Positions 1 to 10,001 of a stretch of DNA of 64,000 nt are shown one piece after another (within the stretch, counting starts at the first letter, position 1; every line of letters begins with the position of its first letter). The notes under the pieces are model-generated. The model ran no database searches. It was not told the DNA's origin and saw nothing but the letters and a program-made list of their open reading frames with translations. The DNA is taken from positions 15,794-79,793 of IMG/VR virus record IMGVR_UViG_3300037069_002825. One strand, 5' to 3'. Made by a program: the position numbers and the translations under genes. The DNA comes from a virus.

Positions 1-63
1 CTGGAGATGACCGTCTACGCGATGCTGGCAGGGGTCCTCGCCGAAGCGGGCATCACACCGTGA
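1..63 (+). CDS. 3' end of upstream gene (partial, probably tail)
   Basis: Open frame 1 ends in TGA overlapping the GTG of the next gene. Confidence 0.5.
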   Translation: MEMTVYAMLAGVLAEAGITP

Positions 64-2102
64 GCGTCTCCCCCGAACTGTATGCTCGCTGGCGATCCAA
101 AGAGCACGTCGGACCAGCCAAGCCGTCACTGCGCGTGACGGTGACAAGGGGCCTCATGGACAAGACCTACCGACCCTTCGAATTTATTGGCGGTGGCAGC
201 GAGCGGTTTATGACGATCGTGAATGGTGAAAACGACGAACCGTGGCAGGGGTTCTGGCGTGCGACCGGCGAGCCCATCGAACTGCCGAATGTGCTGTCGG
301 TGGTGTGGGACCAAGCTATGAAGGAGAAGGGCGCGCGGTCGGCCACCATTGAGATAGAGAACATCGTCTTCAAGGCCATAGCGGGGCCGGGCGGCGTCTT
401 CCATCAGGTGAGTCGTGGCTATCTCTCTCCGACGCTTGGCGCCAGACTGCTGACGCGCCTTGCGCAGATCGACGAGGCCCAGAACGAATGGTACGAGATC
501 CTCAACAACGGTTATAAGATCGATGTCTACGAGGGCTACGGCGACCAGACGACGCGGACGTACAGCGGGCTGATAGACACCACCCAGCTTGAGACGCACC
601 CCGATCGCATCACCATCAACTCGCGTTCGTTTTGGATGGTGTTCACCGACCAGCGGGTTATGGGCAGCAACAAGGCTCCGGAAATCATCTCCCCCCTGAT
701 CGTTGCGGACAGGGAGTCCACACTGGGAATCAAGCCTGTCGGCTCGACACCTGTCGCTTCGAGCACTGCGGCCGGTCGGAGCGTCCACGATATCGTGGCC
801 AAAGACAACAGCAAAAGCTGGCTCTCTAAGGGGCGCTCGGACGGAACTGGGACCGAGTGGGTGGAGATAGACCTGCCCCCCGGGTACTACGAGAACTTCT
901 ACCTTCGGCTGCCGTTCGCCGGCCAATCAATCCATGTCGGAGTCTTCGCGGGGGCGGGCAGCGACTGGAACGGCACGCTCGTGGGCGTAGACGAGTGGGT
1001 GGACGCGGGCAAAGGCAGCTTTGGCGGCGTACCCTTCACAAACTACTGGGGCGCAAGCAATGCCACGGGGGAGAAGCGGTCGCTGGGCGCACCCTTCCAG
1101 GCGGCAAAAGGGAGCAAACTGCGGGTCACGTTCTCCAAGCTGCCCTATCGCCCGGAATCGCACGACTACCGCGCCGGCTGCACACGGCTCGCAGCCTTCC
1201 TCTTTGGCACCGATTCGAAGCACCCACTCAACGGGCACGCCGGGGTGAACGCTAATCACTGGGTACTGATCGACGACCTTGCGGATATTGCCAAGCTGGT
1301 CTTCATGTGGGGCGGCTACCACGAGTGGGAGGTCGAGGATGTGGGTCTCTCCCTCTACTTCCCCATGTCATGGCAGCAGGACAAGTTCCTGATCGACATG
1401 ATCGACGACGCCCTCGCGCAATGCAACTGGGTGTGTTACGAGAAGAGTCCCTCGGCCAGCTCGGAAAGCCTGGGTGTCCCAGTGTTCGAGCACAATCGCG
1501 CCATGGATAAGCCGGCCTCCAAAGGCATGCTCCAGATCACGGACGACGACATGATCGAGACGATCAACCCCACCTTCGATCTCTCGAACCTACCTTACGT
1601 CATCCGTGCGCGAGGTGCGGTCGACACTAAGAACGGCAACGAGTACGGTGAAGAACTGATCCGCCGCTATATGGCCACCTACTTCCCACCGTGGTCGGGC
1701 GCCGGGCCGCACATCACCGAGGCGGGCCGCGTGGCTGGCATAAGGCGTCACGACCTTTCGGTGAACGAAAAGCTCTTCTCTGACACGGAGTGCGAGTTTT
1801 ACGCGCTGCTCATCGCCGAGCAATACGCGCTCGAAGCCTATAAAGCTCAGCTCCAGATCGCAGGCTACCCGGGAATCGAGATGAATCAGCAGGTATCGAT
1901 CGTGAGTGACACGACGGGCATCAACTCGCGACTGCTGGTCGACAGCATTCACTCCGAGCACACCACTGGCCCCAAGGGCTCATGGAAGATGACGGTCGCC
2001 GGTTCGCTTCTCGACAACATCGACATGCAGCAGATTCGTGCCGACCTGTTCGAACGGGAAGCCGAAGTGCAGGCAGAGAAACGACTCAAGGAGCCCGTGT
2101 GA
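60..2102 (+). CDS. Minor tail / baseplate-hub-like protein
   Basis: 680 aa, position before fiber genes, internal discoidin-like segment (SWLS...EWVEIDL), C-terminal hub-like G.PGIE..QQVSI motif. Confidence 0.6.
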   Translation: MSVSPELYARWRSKEHVGPAKPSLRVTVTRGLMDKTYRPFEFIGGGSERFMTIVNGENDEPWQGFWRATGEPIELPNVLSVVWDQAMKEKGARSATIEIENIVFKAIAGPGGVFHQVSRGYLSPTLGARLLTRLAQIDEAQNEWYEILNNGYKIDVYEGYGDQTTRTYSGLIDTTQLETHPDRITINSRSFWMVFTDQRVMGSNKAPEIISPLIVADRESTLGIKPVGSTPVASSTAAGRSVHDIVAKDNSKSWLSKGRSDGTGTEWVEIDLPPGYYENFYLRLPFAGQSIHVGVFAGAGSDWNGTLVGVDEWVDAGKGSFGGVPFTNYWGASNATGEKRSLGAPFQAAKGSKLRVTFSKLPYRPESHDYRAGCTRLAAFLFGTDSKHPLNGHAGVNANHWVLIDDLADIAKLVFMWGGYHEWEVEDVGLSLYFPMSWQQDKFLIDMIDDALAQCNWVCYEKSPSASSESLGVPVFEHNRAMDKPASKGMLQITDDDMIETINPTFDLSNLPYVIRARGAVDTKNGNEYGEELIRRYMATYFPPWSGAGPHITEAGRVAGIRRHDLSVNEKLFSDTECEFYALLIAEQYALEAYKAQLQIAGYPGIEMNQQVSIVSDTTGINSRLLVDSIHSEHTTGPKGSWKMTVAGSLLDNIDMQQIRADLFEREAEVQAEKRLKEPV

Positions 2103-2581
2103 TGAGCGACGAGGGGCGCCCCGTCGGGCAGCTTGAGCGCGGTCTCGTCGGGCTCACGATCGATATACACCGCGAGAAGGACCAGCGCACCCGCAAGCTG
2201 GACGAGGTCGCGGGACACGAGATCGAGCAGCAGATCCGGGCGCCAATCAGCGGAACGGCGGGGACCGACTGGACCTTCATCGATCGCGGGTACGGCTTCC
2301 TTTATCCGTTCGTATGGCGCCCGATGCAGCGTGGCGCGCCGTTCAAGACGCCGCACTTTTCCTACGGGATAGAGCACGTGACCGGCTCGGACGAACTTGT
2401 GTTGGTCCAAGCGGCTATTGTGAAGTGGAATATCAACACGTCGAGCCTCGTTGTGGGCGCTCGGGTGAGGTTCAGCGCACAGGCACCGAACGCATCGTTG
2501 GTCCCGGCGTCGTTTAGTGCTGTCGTTCATCTGACCTTCCAGGGCTGGGCCGGCGAGACTGAGGAAGGGGAAGTGGTCTAA
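2102..2581 (+). CDS. Putative minor tail protein
   Basis: ATG overlaps upstream TGA (TGATG); lies within the tail operon. Confidence 0.55.
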   Translation: MSDEGRPVGQLERGLVGLTIDIHREKDQRTRKLDEVAGHEIEQQIRAPISGTAGTDWTFIDRGYGFLYPFVWRPMQRGAPFKTPHFSYGIEHVTGSDELVLVQAAIVKWNINTSSLVVGARVRFSAQAPNASLVPASFSAVVHLTFQGWAGETEEGEVV

Positions 2582-5500
2582 ATGCCCGAAGCGTCCTACA
2601 CGTCGTTCGCGGGGCTGCTGCGGCTACCGCCAGGCTCTCCGCTCAGCTCTGATGGGTTCGCGTTCCAGTGGATCGATCCGCTCACAATCGACAGGTTGCT
2701 CAAAATCGGCGCAGTCACGCACCATCACGACGGGGTGGCCGCCATGGGCAACCCGGTGGCGCTCCCGACAGTCAACGTCAAAGGCGCAGGTGGCTCGATC
2801 GCGGCGAACACCACGGTCGGCGTGACCTATACGATCGTCGACGATGAGGGCGGCGAGAGCCTTCCCGCCCCTCCACAGTCGGTCACCACGTCCGGCGGCG
2901 TCCCGGACCCACAGGAGGCACCAGCGGCGGCCGTCAGCTACGCGGCGGGCAATCTGTTGGCCTACACCTACACCTACGGCCTCACGATCACAGACGGCGC
3001 GGGTGGCGAGACGGCCCTTAGTCCACTGGTCACCGTCACGGTCGAACCCGGCTTCCTGCACGCGGAGGTCACACTGACCAAACTCGCTGAAATACTCGCC
3101 GAAGTCGGAGGAGGAGAATGGCGGCTGTGGCGCATGCAGGAAGGTGGCGAATGGAACCTGATCGGCAATGGGACGGCCGCTGAATTCAAAGACGACGGCA
3201 CGCACACGCCCGATTGCACCGTCACCCCACCGACCACCTCGACGACGCATGGCACGAGCGCACTGGAAGTGATAGTGCCCAACCCAGCTGAACCCCGGGC
3301 CACTTTCATCAGGCTCTACGCCACAACCGACGGCTCTTTCGGACCATCCTCCTACATCGCCGAATACCCCATCAGTGAAGCCGGCAAAGCAATCGAACTA
3401 ACGGCGCTTGCGCTGCTAAATGGTGCCCCTCCCGCCGTCAGTAGGTCGGTAGCTCACGCGGCCAAGATTGACCCAGACACGGACCTGATCGCCTTCCCCT
3501 GGAAGCGGCCCGTGGGCAAAGCGAGCGAACTCCCAACCGAACACAATGAAAACGGGGACGTGCGGGAGAGCCTCGACGATCACAAGCTCCACTCCTGGGA
3601 CGCCGAATCGAAAACCTGGGTGACCATCACCAGCGAAGGTGGTGGCAGCCTGGAGATAGAGAACCCTGCGGGCGAAGGGATGCCCGGCGAGCCCAAGCTC
3701 CAGTTCACGGGCGCTGGGGTTGCCTCGGTGGCCGACGACCCTACGCACAACCGTACCGTGGTCACCGTCAACGCGGGCACGATCATCAGCTACAAAGGCG
3801 TGTGGGCCGGGGGCACCACCTATCACGCGGGTGATGTCGTCACGCGCCTCGGCAGCTCCTACTTCGGAATCTCCGAAAGCAAAGGCGACGATCCGTCCAC
3901 CGACGAAGGGGTCCACTGGGGACTGCTCGCGGCCGCAGGCGCAAAAGGTGAAGGCGGCGGAGGCGGGGGACTGACATGGCGCGGCGCCTGGGCGAACGCC
4001 ACGACTTACGCGGTGAACGACGTGGTCTCCGAAGGTGGCAGCTCCTATGTGAGCGTCGTCGCCGAAAACGTCGGTCACAAACCCGCAGGGGACGAAACCC
4101 ACTGGGCCGTCGTCGCGGAGGCCGGCGCGGGACTCACCCCAAGGGGTGCATGGTCGGAAGCGACGACTTACAACGTCGCCGATCTCGTGGAGTACGAAGG
4201 CTCGGCCTACGTCAGCCGCACCGGCGCCAATCTCAACCACAACCCCGAAACGGACCCCACCCACTGGACGCTCTACATCGAGCGAGGCCTTGAAGGGCCG
4301 AAAGGGCTCAAAGGTGAAATTGGACCGCCCGGATCGCCGGGCATGCGCTGGCGAGGCGTGTGGGGCGCGGGGACCACCTATGCCGAAGATGATGTGGTGC
4401 AGCGCGAAGGCAGCTCCTACCTCAGCGTGGCCGTCGGCAACAAAGGACACGACCCCGCAACGGATGGCGAAGTTCACTGGCAGCTCGTGGCCGTGAAGGG
4501 GGCGGCGGGTGCCGCAGGCGCCCCCGGCGCCGAAGGCCCGGGGATTAGGTGGCGTGGAGTATGGAAATCTGGAACAGCCTATGCAGTGCATGATGCCGTC
4601 CAGCGGGGCGGTTCGTCCTACATCACGCAGGTTGGCAGCACGGGAGAAGATCCGCTGATCCCGAACATGATCGCCAACGGCAGCGCCGAGTCCGGGAGCA
4701 TGACGGGGATCTCCGGGGTCAACGCCGCGACAGTCGCCCGGAGCAAAGAACAGGCTCACGATGGGGTCTGGTCGTTCAAGGTGGTTACGGCAGCCGGTGC
4801 TGATTCTGGGGTGCTGTTCGCCGGGCCTACCATCACCTCGGGCGAGACATGCCGAGCCGAAGCCGCTATTTACGGGGAAGCGGGCGACAAATACCGCATC
4901 GCCTTCATGAACGGTGCGACACCCGAGATCGTCTACGAAGGCGAACTCGCCGAAGCCGGCTGGAATATCGTCACCGTAGCCGGAACGGCGACGACCACGA
5001 TCGACCACTTGCGCATCGATAACGGTGCAACGGGCGGGGCGCACAACTGGTACGTGGACAGCGTTGGCGCCTTCGCCGACAACTGGGAACTGCTCGCGGC
5101 CCGAGGTGGGAGCGCCTACGCTGTGACCGAAGCGGCCGAAGCCGGACGCATCATCGAGGACACGTGGTCGCTATCCGAAGCTATAGCGGTGGGCGCGAGG
5201 CCCGGGTTCTCAGTGCGCCTCGGCTCCAGTGACATTTCCCAGCATGTGATTGGAGTACGAACCCACCTCGCCGAAGGCGAAGTTACCGTGACGTTCCTCA
5301 AGAACGGGGAAGCGATACCCGGCCTCACCGGAATCGTCATCAAAGCGGGCGCAACCGAGTTCGATCTGACCGCGAAAAGCAAAGCCGAAGAAGAAGGTGG
5401 CGCGCATCCGCCGCTCGCCGTCGCTACGCACGACTATCTATCGATGGAAGTGACTGCGGCTACGGGCAGCCCGGCCCAGCTGTCGATGACGATCTTCCGT

Positions 5501-6214
5501 GAAGCGAGGACCGATGGACCGCTCCAGGGTCCGGAAGGCAAACCGGGACCGGAAGGCAAAGAAGGTAAAGAAGGTAAAGCGGGCGAAGGTGGTGGCGGCG
5601 GCGGCGCCCCCACCCCTGTCCTCGACGAACCGTTTACCGAAAACCACCTCGCCTCATACACGTTCCTGGAAGAAACCAAAGAAGAAGGACTGACGGTTAG
5701 TGCCGGCGTACTGCATTGCGGGGACACTAATCCGCATGTGTTTGCCGATACGGGCGTGAACATCACCGACTTCAAGGGGGTCGTGAAGCTCATACCGGCG
5801 GGGGTGCAGCCGGTTATCACCCTGGGCAAGGAGGTCAGCAGTGGCAATATGATCTACGCCCAGATCAGCGCCAGCAAACTCTGGATATTCAAGGAGATCG
5901 CTGGTGTCGCCTCCTCACTGATAAACGAAGCGTTCCCGAAAACCGAAGGACAGTCCTACTGGCTCGTCGTACGCATGGTGGGAAACCTTTTCACCGCCGA
6001 GATCTGGACGGAGGACCCACGGTACGCCATGCCCGAGGCGAGGCAGATCGTTATTACCTACATGCTGACGGGCGAAGACGCCACGGACCTTGGTGTCGGC
6101 GTCTCCGGGCATCCCGTGATGTCACTGGCTAGCGGGAGCCTCGCCGCGACGGAAACGGTTGTCGATGACTGGGTAGTCACCGACCTCGAACTCGGGTCGA
6201 GAGGCGCGTTCTAG
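2582..6214 (+). CDS. Tail fiber / receptor-binding protein with five CBM5/12-like repeats, a CBM4/9-like domain and collagen-like Gly-X-Y runs
   Basis: Repeats of G-x-W-x5-Y-x3-D-x-V-x3-GS(S/A)Y...W; GPEGKPGPEGKEGKEGKAGEG. Confidence 0.75.
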   Translation: MPEASYTSFAGLLRLPPGSPLSSDGFAFQWIDPLTIDRLLKIGAVTHHHDGVAAMGNPVALPTVNVKGAGGSIAANTTVGVTYTIVDDEGGESLPAPPQSVTTSGGVPDPQEAPAAAVSYAAGNLLAYTYTYGLTITDGAGGETALSPLVTVTVEPGFLHAEVTLTKLAEILAEVGGGEWRLWRMQEGGEWNLIGNGTAAEFKDDGTHTPDCTVTPPTTSTTHGTSALEVIVPNPAEPRATFIRLYATTDGSFGPSSYIAEYPISEAGKAIELTALALLNGAPPAVSRSVAHAAKIDPDTDLIAFPWKRPVGKASELPTEHNENGDVRESLDDHKLHSWDAESKTWVTITSEGGGSLEIENPAGEGMPGEPKLQFTGAGVASVADDPTHNRTVVTVNAGTIISYKGVWAGGTTYHAGDVVTRLGSSYFGISESKGDDPSTDEGVHWGLLAAAGAKGEGGGGGGLTWRGAWANATTYAVNDVVSEGGSSYVSVVAENVGHKPAGDETHWAVVAEAGAGLTPRGAWSEATTYNVADLVEYEGSAYVSRTGANLNHNPETDPTHWTLYIERGLEGPKGLKGEIGPPGSPGMRWRGVWGAGTTYAEDDVVQREGSSYLSVAVGNKGHDPATDGEVHWQLVAVKGAAGAAGAPGAEGPGIRWRGVWKSGTAYAVHDAVQRGGSSYITQVGSTGEDPLIPNMIANGSAESGSMTGISGVNAATVARSKEQAHDGVWSFKVVTAAGADSGVLFAGPTITSGETCRAEAAIYGEAGDKYRIAFMNGATPEIVYEGELAEAGWNIVTVAGTATTTIDHLRIDNGATGGAHNWYVDSVGAFADNWELLAARGGSAYAVTEAAEAGRIIEDTWSLSEAIAVGARPGFSVRLGSSDISQHVIGVRTHLAEGEVTVTFLKNGEAIPGLTGIVIKAGATEFDLTAKSKAEEEGGAHPPLAVATHDYLSMEVTAATGSPAQLSMTIFREARTDGPLQGPEGKPGPEGKEGKEGKAGEGGGGGGAPTPVLDEPFTENHLASYTFLEETKEEGLTVSAGVLHCGDTNPHVFADTGVNITDFKGVVKLIPAGVQPVITLGKEVSSGNMIYAQISASKLWIFKEIAGVASSLINEAFPKTEGQSYWLVVRMVGNLFTAEIWTEDPRYAMPEARQIVITYMLTGEDATDLGVGVSGHPVMSLASGSLAATETVVDDWVVTDLELGSRGAF

Positions 6215-6218
6215 CATC

Positions 6219-6866
6219 ATGAAACCATTCAAGTCGTTGCTCGGCGTCCAGTTCTCGGCGCTCGGTGCCAATCCCTACGAACCGTTCTACGCGGGACAGA
6301 TTTGGACATTGAGTTCTAACGCCAGCGAAAAAGGCGGCACAGTCTTTGAAGCGGGCAACGTGGAAGTTGTGGAGCTGTACACGGAAAGCGGGACTGCGAC
6401 GAGCATCTGGTTCGGCATCTACGATTACGATCTCTTCAAAACGGGCGAAACGAGCGAATATCTCCCCAACAACCCACTGATCAGCGCACACCACATAGGA
6501 GCAGTGCCGGTCAACGGCGTGATCCGCGTCGCACTGCCATTGACCGTTGCGTCGGGCGATCATCGAACCCTGGCGGTGCTCCCGCTCGGGGGCGACGTGA
6601 AACCCGCTCTCGCCACTGGGGGGGGCGGGCTTGACAACGTCCTGTGGCAGAACGAAACCCAGCGGCCGCCCTATACGGGCTGGGACACGCGGAAAGAAAC
6701 GAGGCCGGGGGTCACGCCGTTCGAAGAACTGATCAAAGATCTACACGGGCCCAATGAAGGCGGTCTACCGTCGAACATCTCCGGGCCGTCGGGGGGGGAA
6801 CGTACAGCCGCGTTCGCCATCAGGGCAGGGCATGACCTCGGTAGTGAGCTGGCGATGATGCTCTGA
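6219..6866 (+). CDS. Hypothetical tail-associated protein
   Basis: Coupled ORF inside the tail cluster. Confidence 0.5.
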   Translation: MKPFKSLLGVQFSALGANPYEPFYAGQIWTLSSNASEKGGTVFEAGNVEVVELYTESGTATSIWFGIYDYDLFKTGETSEYLPNNPLISAHHIGAVPVNGVIRVALPLTVASGDHRTLAVLPLGGDVKPALATGGGGLDNVLWQNETQRPPYTGWDTRKETRPGVTPFEELIKDLHGPNEGGLPSNISGPSGGERTAAFAIRAGHDLGSELAMML

Positions 6867-7759
6867 TGCCGCTGCCCGGCTTTGAAGCGCCGCTGATCAA
6901 AGAACCCGACGTTGAACTCGTGCGTGGGATCGCGGTCGACGGCACCTATATCTACTGGGCCAACAACGAAAGCCTAGCTGAAGGTACATCGAGCATCGGC
7001 CGCTCCAAGCTCGACGGGTCGGAAGTCATCCCCCACTTCATCGTCGTGGCGACCAAAGACCCCAGTGACGACCACCCCGTTACCGTGGCCGTCAACGCCA
7101 CGCATGTCTACTGGACGACGGAACCTAACGGTCGGGTAGGTCGGGCAAGACTGGACGGGTCCGAAGTGGAACACGAATTGCACAAAATGAAAGGCGAAAG
7201 CCTGGGGCTGGCTCTCAGCGCGACACACGTCCACTGGAGCTGGGTATATGGGTTCGAAGGGAAGAACGGGATCGGCCGAGCTAATCTCGACGGCTCGTCT
7301 GCGGAAGAAGCGTTCCTGCTGCTCACCGAAGAAGTGAAGCGTTACGGCAAACTGGCATGTGACGGCACCTACCTGTACTTCACCTATGGCAACTTTGCCC
7401 CCAACATCGGCCGCTGCAAGCTCGACGGCAGCGAAATCATCACCAACTTCGTCCCCATTCCTATCACCGGCGGCGAAGTCGCCCTAGCGGTCGCAGACGG
7501 CAAACTATGGTGGCGGGCGCCAAGCGAATCCGAAGGCTACGTCATCTTCACCGCCGGGCTCGACGGCAAAGTACCCAAAGAACTGTACGCGACGGGGAGC
7601 GGTGAACAGATCGCGGTCACCGTCAGCCAGCGTGTCTACGTGTCGCATCGAGGCACACCCGTGGGTGGCTACATAGCCCGCAACGAGGTCAGCAAACCGT
7701 CCGCCACAACAGGGGCCATCGTGGCGGCGAGGGGCACGATCGGCGCCATACATGGGTAG
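6866..7759 (+). CDS. YWTD-like beta-propeller protein (tail-associated)
   Basis: Repeats GIAVDGTYIYW...IGRSKLDGS, VAVNATHVYW...GRARLDGS, IGRANLDGS, IGRCKLDGS. Confidence 0.7.
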   Translation: MPLPGFEAPLIKEPDVELVRGIAVDGTYIYWANNESLAEGTSSIGRSKLDGSEVIPHFIVVATKDPSDDHPVTVAVNATHVYWTTEPNGRVGRARLDGSEVEHELHKMKGESLGLALSATHVHWSWVYGFEGKNGIGRANLDGSSAEEAFLLLTEEVKRYGKLACDGTYLYFTYGNFAPNIGRCKLDGSEIITNFVPIPITGGEVALAVADGKLWWRAPSESEGYVIFTAGLDGKVPKELYATGSGEQIAVTVSQRVYVSHRGTPVGGYIARNEVSKPSATTGAIVAARGTIGAIHG

Positions 7760-7871
7760 CCCACGCATCACCACAGGGCCGCCGACTCCGGGCATAGTGC
7801 AGCCACGGCTGTGGATAGTGGGCGTGACGGGGTCGCCCGTAAGTATTTCACTTCAACTAGGAGACGAAATT

Positions 7872-8984
7872 ATGAAACTTCTTGACAACCTCGACCTTCA
7901 AAAGCACGAACTACTCAACGCGGTAATCGAGAAGCTATCTGCACCGCCCGAAGGCGTGGAAGGTCTCGTCTACTTTGACACCACCAAACACGAATTCGGC
8001 TGTTACAACGGCACCGCCTGGGTTTATAGCGCGACCCTCGCGGAAGCCACCGAAACCACCCTGGGAGGAGTCAAGCTAGCGGGAGATCTCAAAGGCGGCA
8101 CGGGAGCAGCGCCGCATGTCACCAACCTGCATCTCGAAGGTGATACGGCGATCAACCACAAGCTCACGTCCGTCACGGACCCCACGAATCCCCAGGACGC
8201 CGCCACGCTGAAATTCGTGCTTGGCAAGGTCAACGGGCTCTCGTGGAAGCAGCACGTCCAGCTCGCTACCTTCGGCGCCCTCCCCGCCTACACACATTCG
8301 GGCACGGGTGAAACCGGCACCCTAGAAGCCAACGCAAACGGTGCCCTGACCGTTGACGGCGTAGCCGTGACCGTAGGCATGAGGATCTTCGTCACACAGG
8401 CCGTGGAAGAAAAGCACAACGGCATCTACGAAGTCACACAAGCTGGAGGCGCCGGGGAAAAGTACAAGCTCGTCCGATCCTCCGACGCCGACACGGGCGC
8501 GCTTCTCGAAAACGCAGCGGCCTTCGTGCAGGAGGGGACGGAATACGCGACGCAGGAGTTCGTGGTGTCTGACACGGGCGCGATCAACATCGACGTGACG
8601 GCCGTGAAAGTCATCGACTACTCAAGCGGCACGAGTGTCGTAGGCGATGGCACATACACCACCCGCACGGGCAACACGATCGCGCTCAAACCGAACACAG
8701 CTGTGCCCGCCGTGCCTGCCGAAGGGGCGGTCAGCGCGGTTGGCTCCGGAGCCGTGCGTGTCAAGCGCTTCGCCATCACAGGAAACGCCGCCAAGACAGA
8801 ATTCGAAGCGGAACACAAACTCGGGACCAAGCTACTCCTTGTGCAATGTCAGGAAAACGCAGCGGGTGAACCTACGGCTCCTGTGGAAATCGATTGGGAA
8901 CCCGTCAGCACGGAAATCATCAAGATCAAGTTCGTAACAGCGCCCGCCAAAGGCACCAGCTACTTTGTAACGGTCATGGGTTGA
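7872..8984 (+). CDS. Tail fiber-related structural protein
   Basis: RBS GGAG before ATG 7872; DPTNPQDAAT..FV and DGV....GMRI.V......NGIY motifs typical of fiber proteins. Confidence 0.65.
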   Translation: MKLLDNLDLQKHELLNAVIEKLSAPPEGVEGLVYFDTTKHEFGCYNGTAWVYSATLAEATETTLGGVKLAGDLKGGTGAAPHVTNLHLEGDTAINHKLTSVTDPTNPQDAATLKFVLGKVNGLSWKQHVQLATFGALPAYTHSGTGETGTLEANANGALTVDGVAVTVGMRIFVTQAVEEKHNGIYEVTQAGGAGEKYKLVRSSDADTGALLENAAAFVQEGTEYATQEFVVSDTGAINIDVTAVKVIDYSSGTSVVGDGTYTTRTGNTIALKPNTAVPAVPAEGAVSAVGSGAVRVKRFAITGNAAKTEFEAEHKLGTKLLLVQCQENAAGEPTAPVEIDWEPVSTEIIKIKFVTAPAKGTSYFVTVMG

Positions 8985-8988
8985 TCCT

Positions 8989-9894
8989 ATGAGCGCTATA
9001 AAGCCCTTTATTGAGACAGTACAGCTAAACAACGGTTTGATTATTCCGGCCTCAGCTGCTGCCGGACGAGTGCTCATGTCCGATGCCTCAGGCAATGCGA
9101 CATGGGAGCCGGATGATATAGGAGTTATCAAGACAAGCGCAAGTGCTTTTACGTTGCCAGAAAACTATGAATTTTGTAACGGGAGAACGTACGAACGCAC
9201 AGGCGAATTCGCCGTCTTGTATGAAATACTTTCTCACTCTTCCTTCAAAGTAAGTCTAACTAAAGGCTCCAAGATTCTCACTCTCAGCACTGCGTTTTCT
9301 AACTCAGGGTTCGGTATAGGGTGGCCCGTAGAGCTAGCTGGTGCGATCCCTGCGGGTACGAAAATAGCTAAACTTGTAGGTACCAAAGAAATCGAATTGA
9401 CAGCTGCTGCATCCGCAACTGTAACATCAGGTGAAAACCTTGCCGCTATATTTTTCCCGTGGGGAAACGGGAACGGAACAACTACATTCAACATACCTAA
9501 TATACCTGCCGGTACGGCTCTTGTGAACGGAGGCACCACTGCATTTCCGGTAGCTGTGGCAGGGGGAGCAGCTACGGTAACTCTGGCCGTAACTCACTTG
9601 CCTTCCCACGCACATGGAGGCAAAACTGGTACTGGGACCACGGGGACAGAAAGCGCGACCCACATACATAACCCTCCTGGGGGCAGTGAAGGTTCCGTTT
9701 TTCTTACAGGTGGAGCAACCAACTCGAACATAGGGCTGGGATCATCTTTCGCTACGGCCGCACATACAGGGGCAAATACAACAACGCACACTCATGCTGT
9801 TCCGGCGCTGACAGTTAGTGCCGAAGGCGGCGGAGAAGCGCATAGCAATATGCCTCCCTACGTAGGCACCAGTTTCATCATCAAGGTCAGCTAG
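8989..9894 (+). CDS. Tail-collar domain fiber protein, low GC
   Basis: P.NYEFCNG...LYEIL / WGNGNGTTTFNIP, LPSHAH, GGGEAHSNMPPY...FIIK. Confidence 0.8.
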   Translation: MSAIKPFIETVQLNNGLIIPASAAAGRVLMSDASGNATWEPDDIGVIKTSASAFTLPENYEFCNGRTYERTGEFAVLYEILSHSSFKVSLTKGSKILTLSTAFSNSGFGIGWPVELAGAIPAGTKIAKLVGTKEIELTAAASATVTSGENLAAIFFPWGNGNGTTTFNIPNIPAGTALVNGGTTAFPVAVAGGAATVTLAVTHLPSHAHGGKTGTGTTGTESATHIHNPPGGSEGSVFLTGGATNSNIGLGSSFATAAHTGANTTTHTHAVPALTVSAEGGGEAHSNMPPYVGTSFIIKVS

Positions 9895-10001
9895 AGGGCT
9901 GCTCGCAATTTGCGGGATTTACCGACGACGGGCGACCGGCCATGGTTGTAGTATCGCTCTACACAGCCACCGAGACGCAGAGAGCCCAGGAGGACCACCG
10001 C

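Noticed and set aside
3416-5044. Long antisense ORFs (also 32168-33271, 41773-42882, 61815-63014)
   Set aside because: Shadow frames of high-GC genes, with no motifs or RBS
2582-9894. Diversity-generating retroelement or shufflon acting on tail fibers
   Set aside because: No reverse transcriptase, no template/variable repeat pair and no inverted cassettes seen
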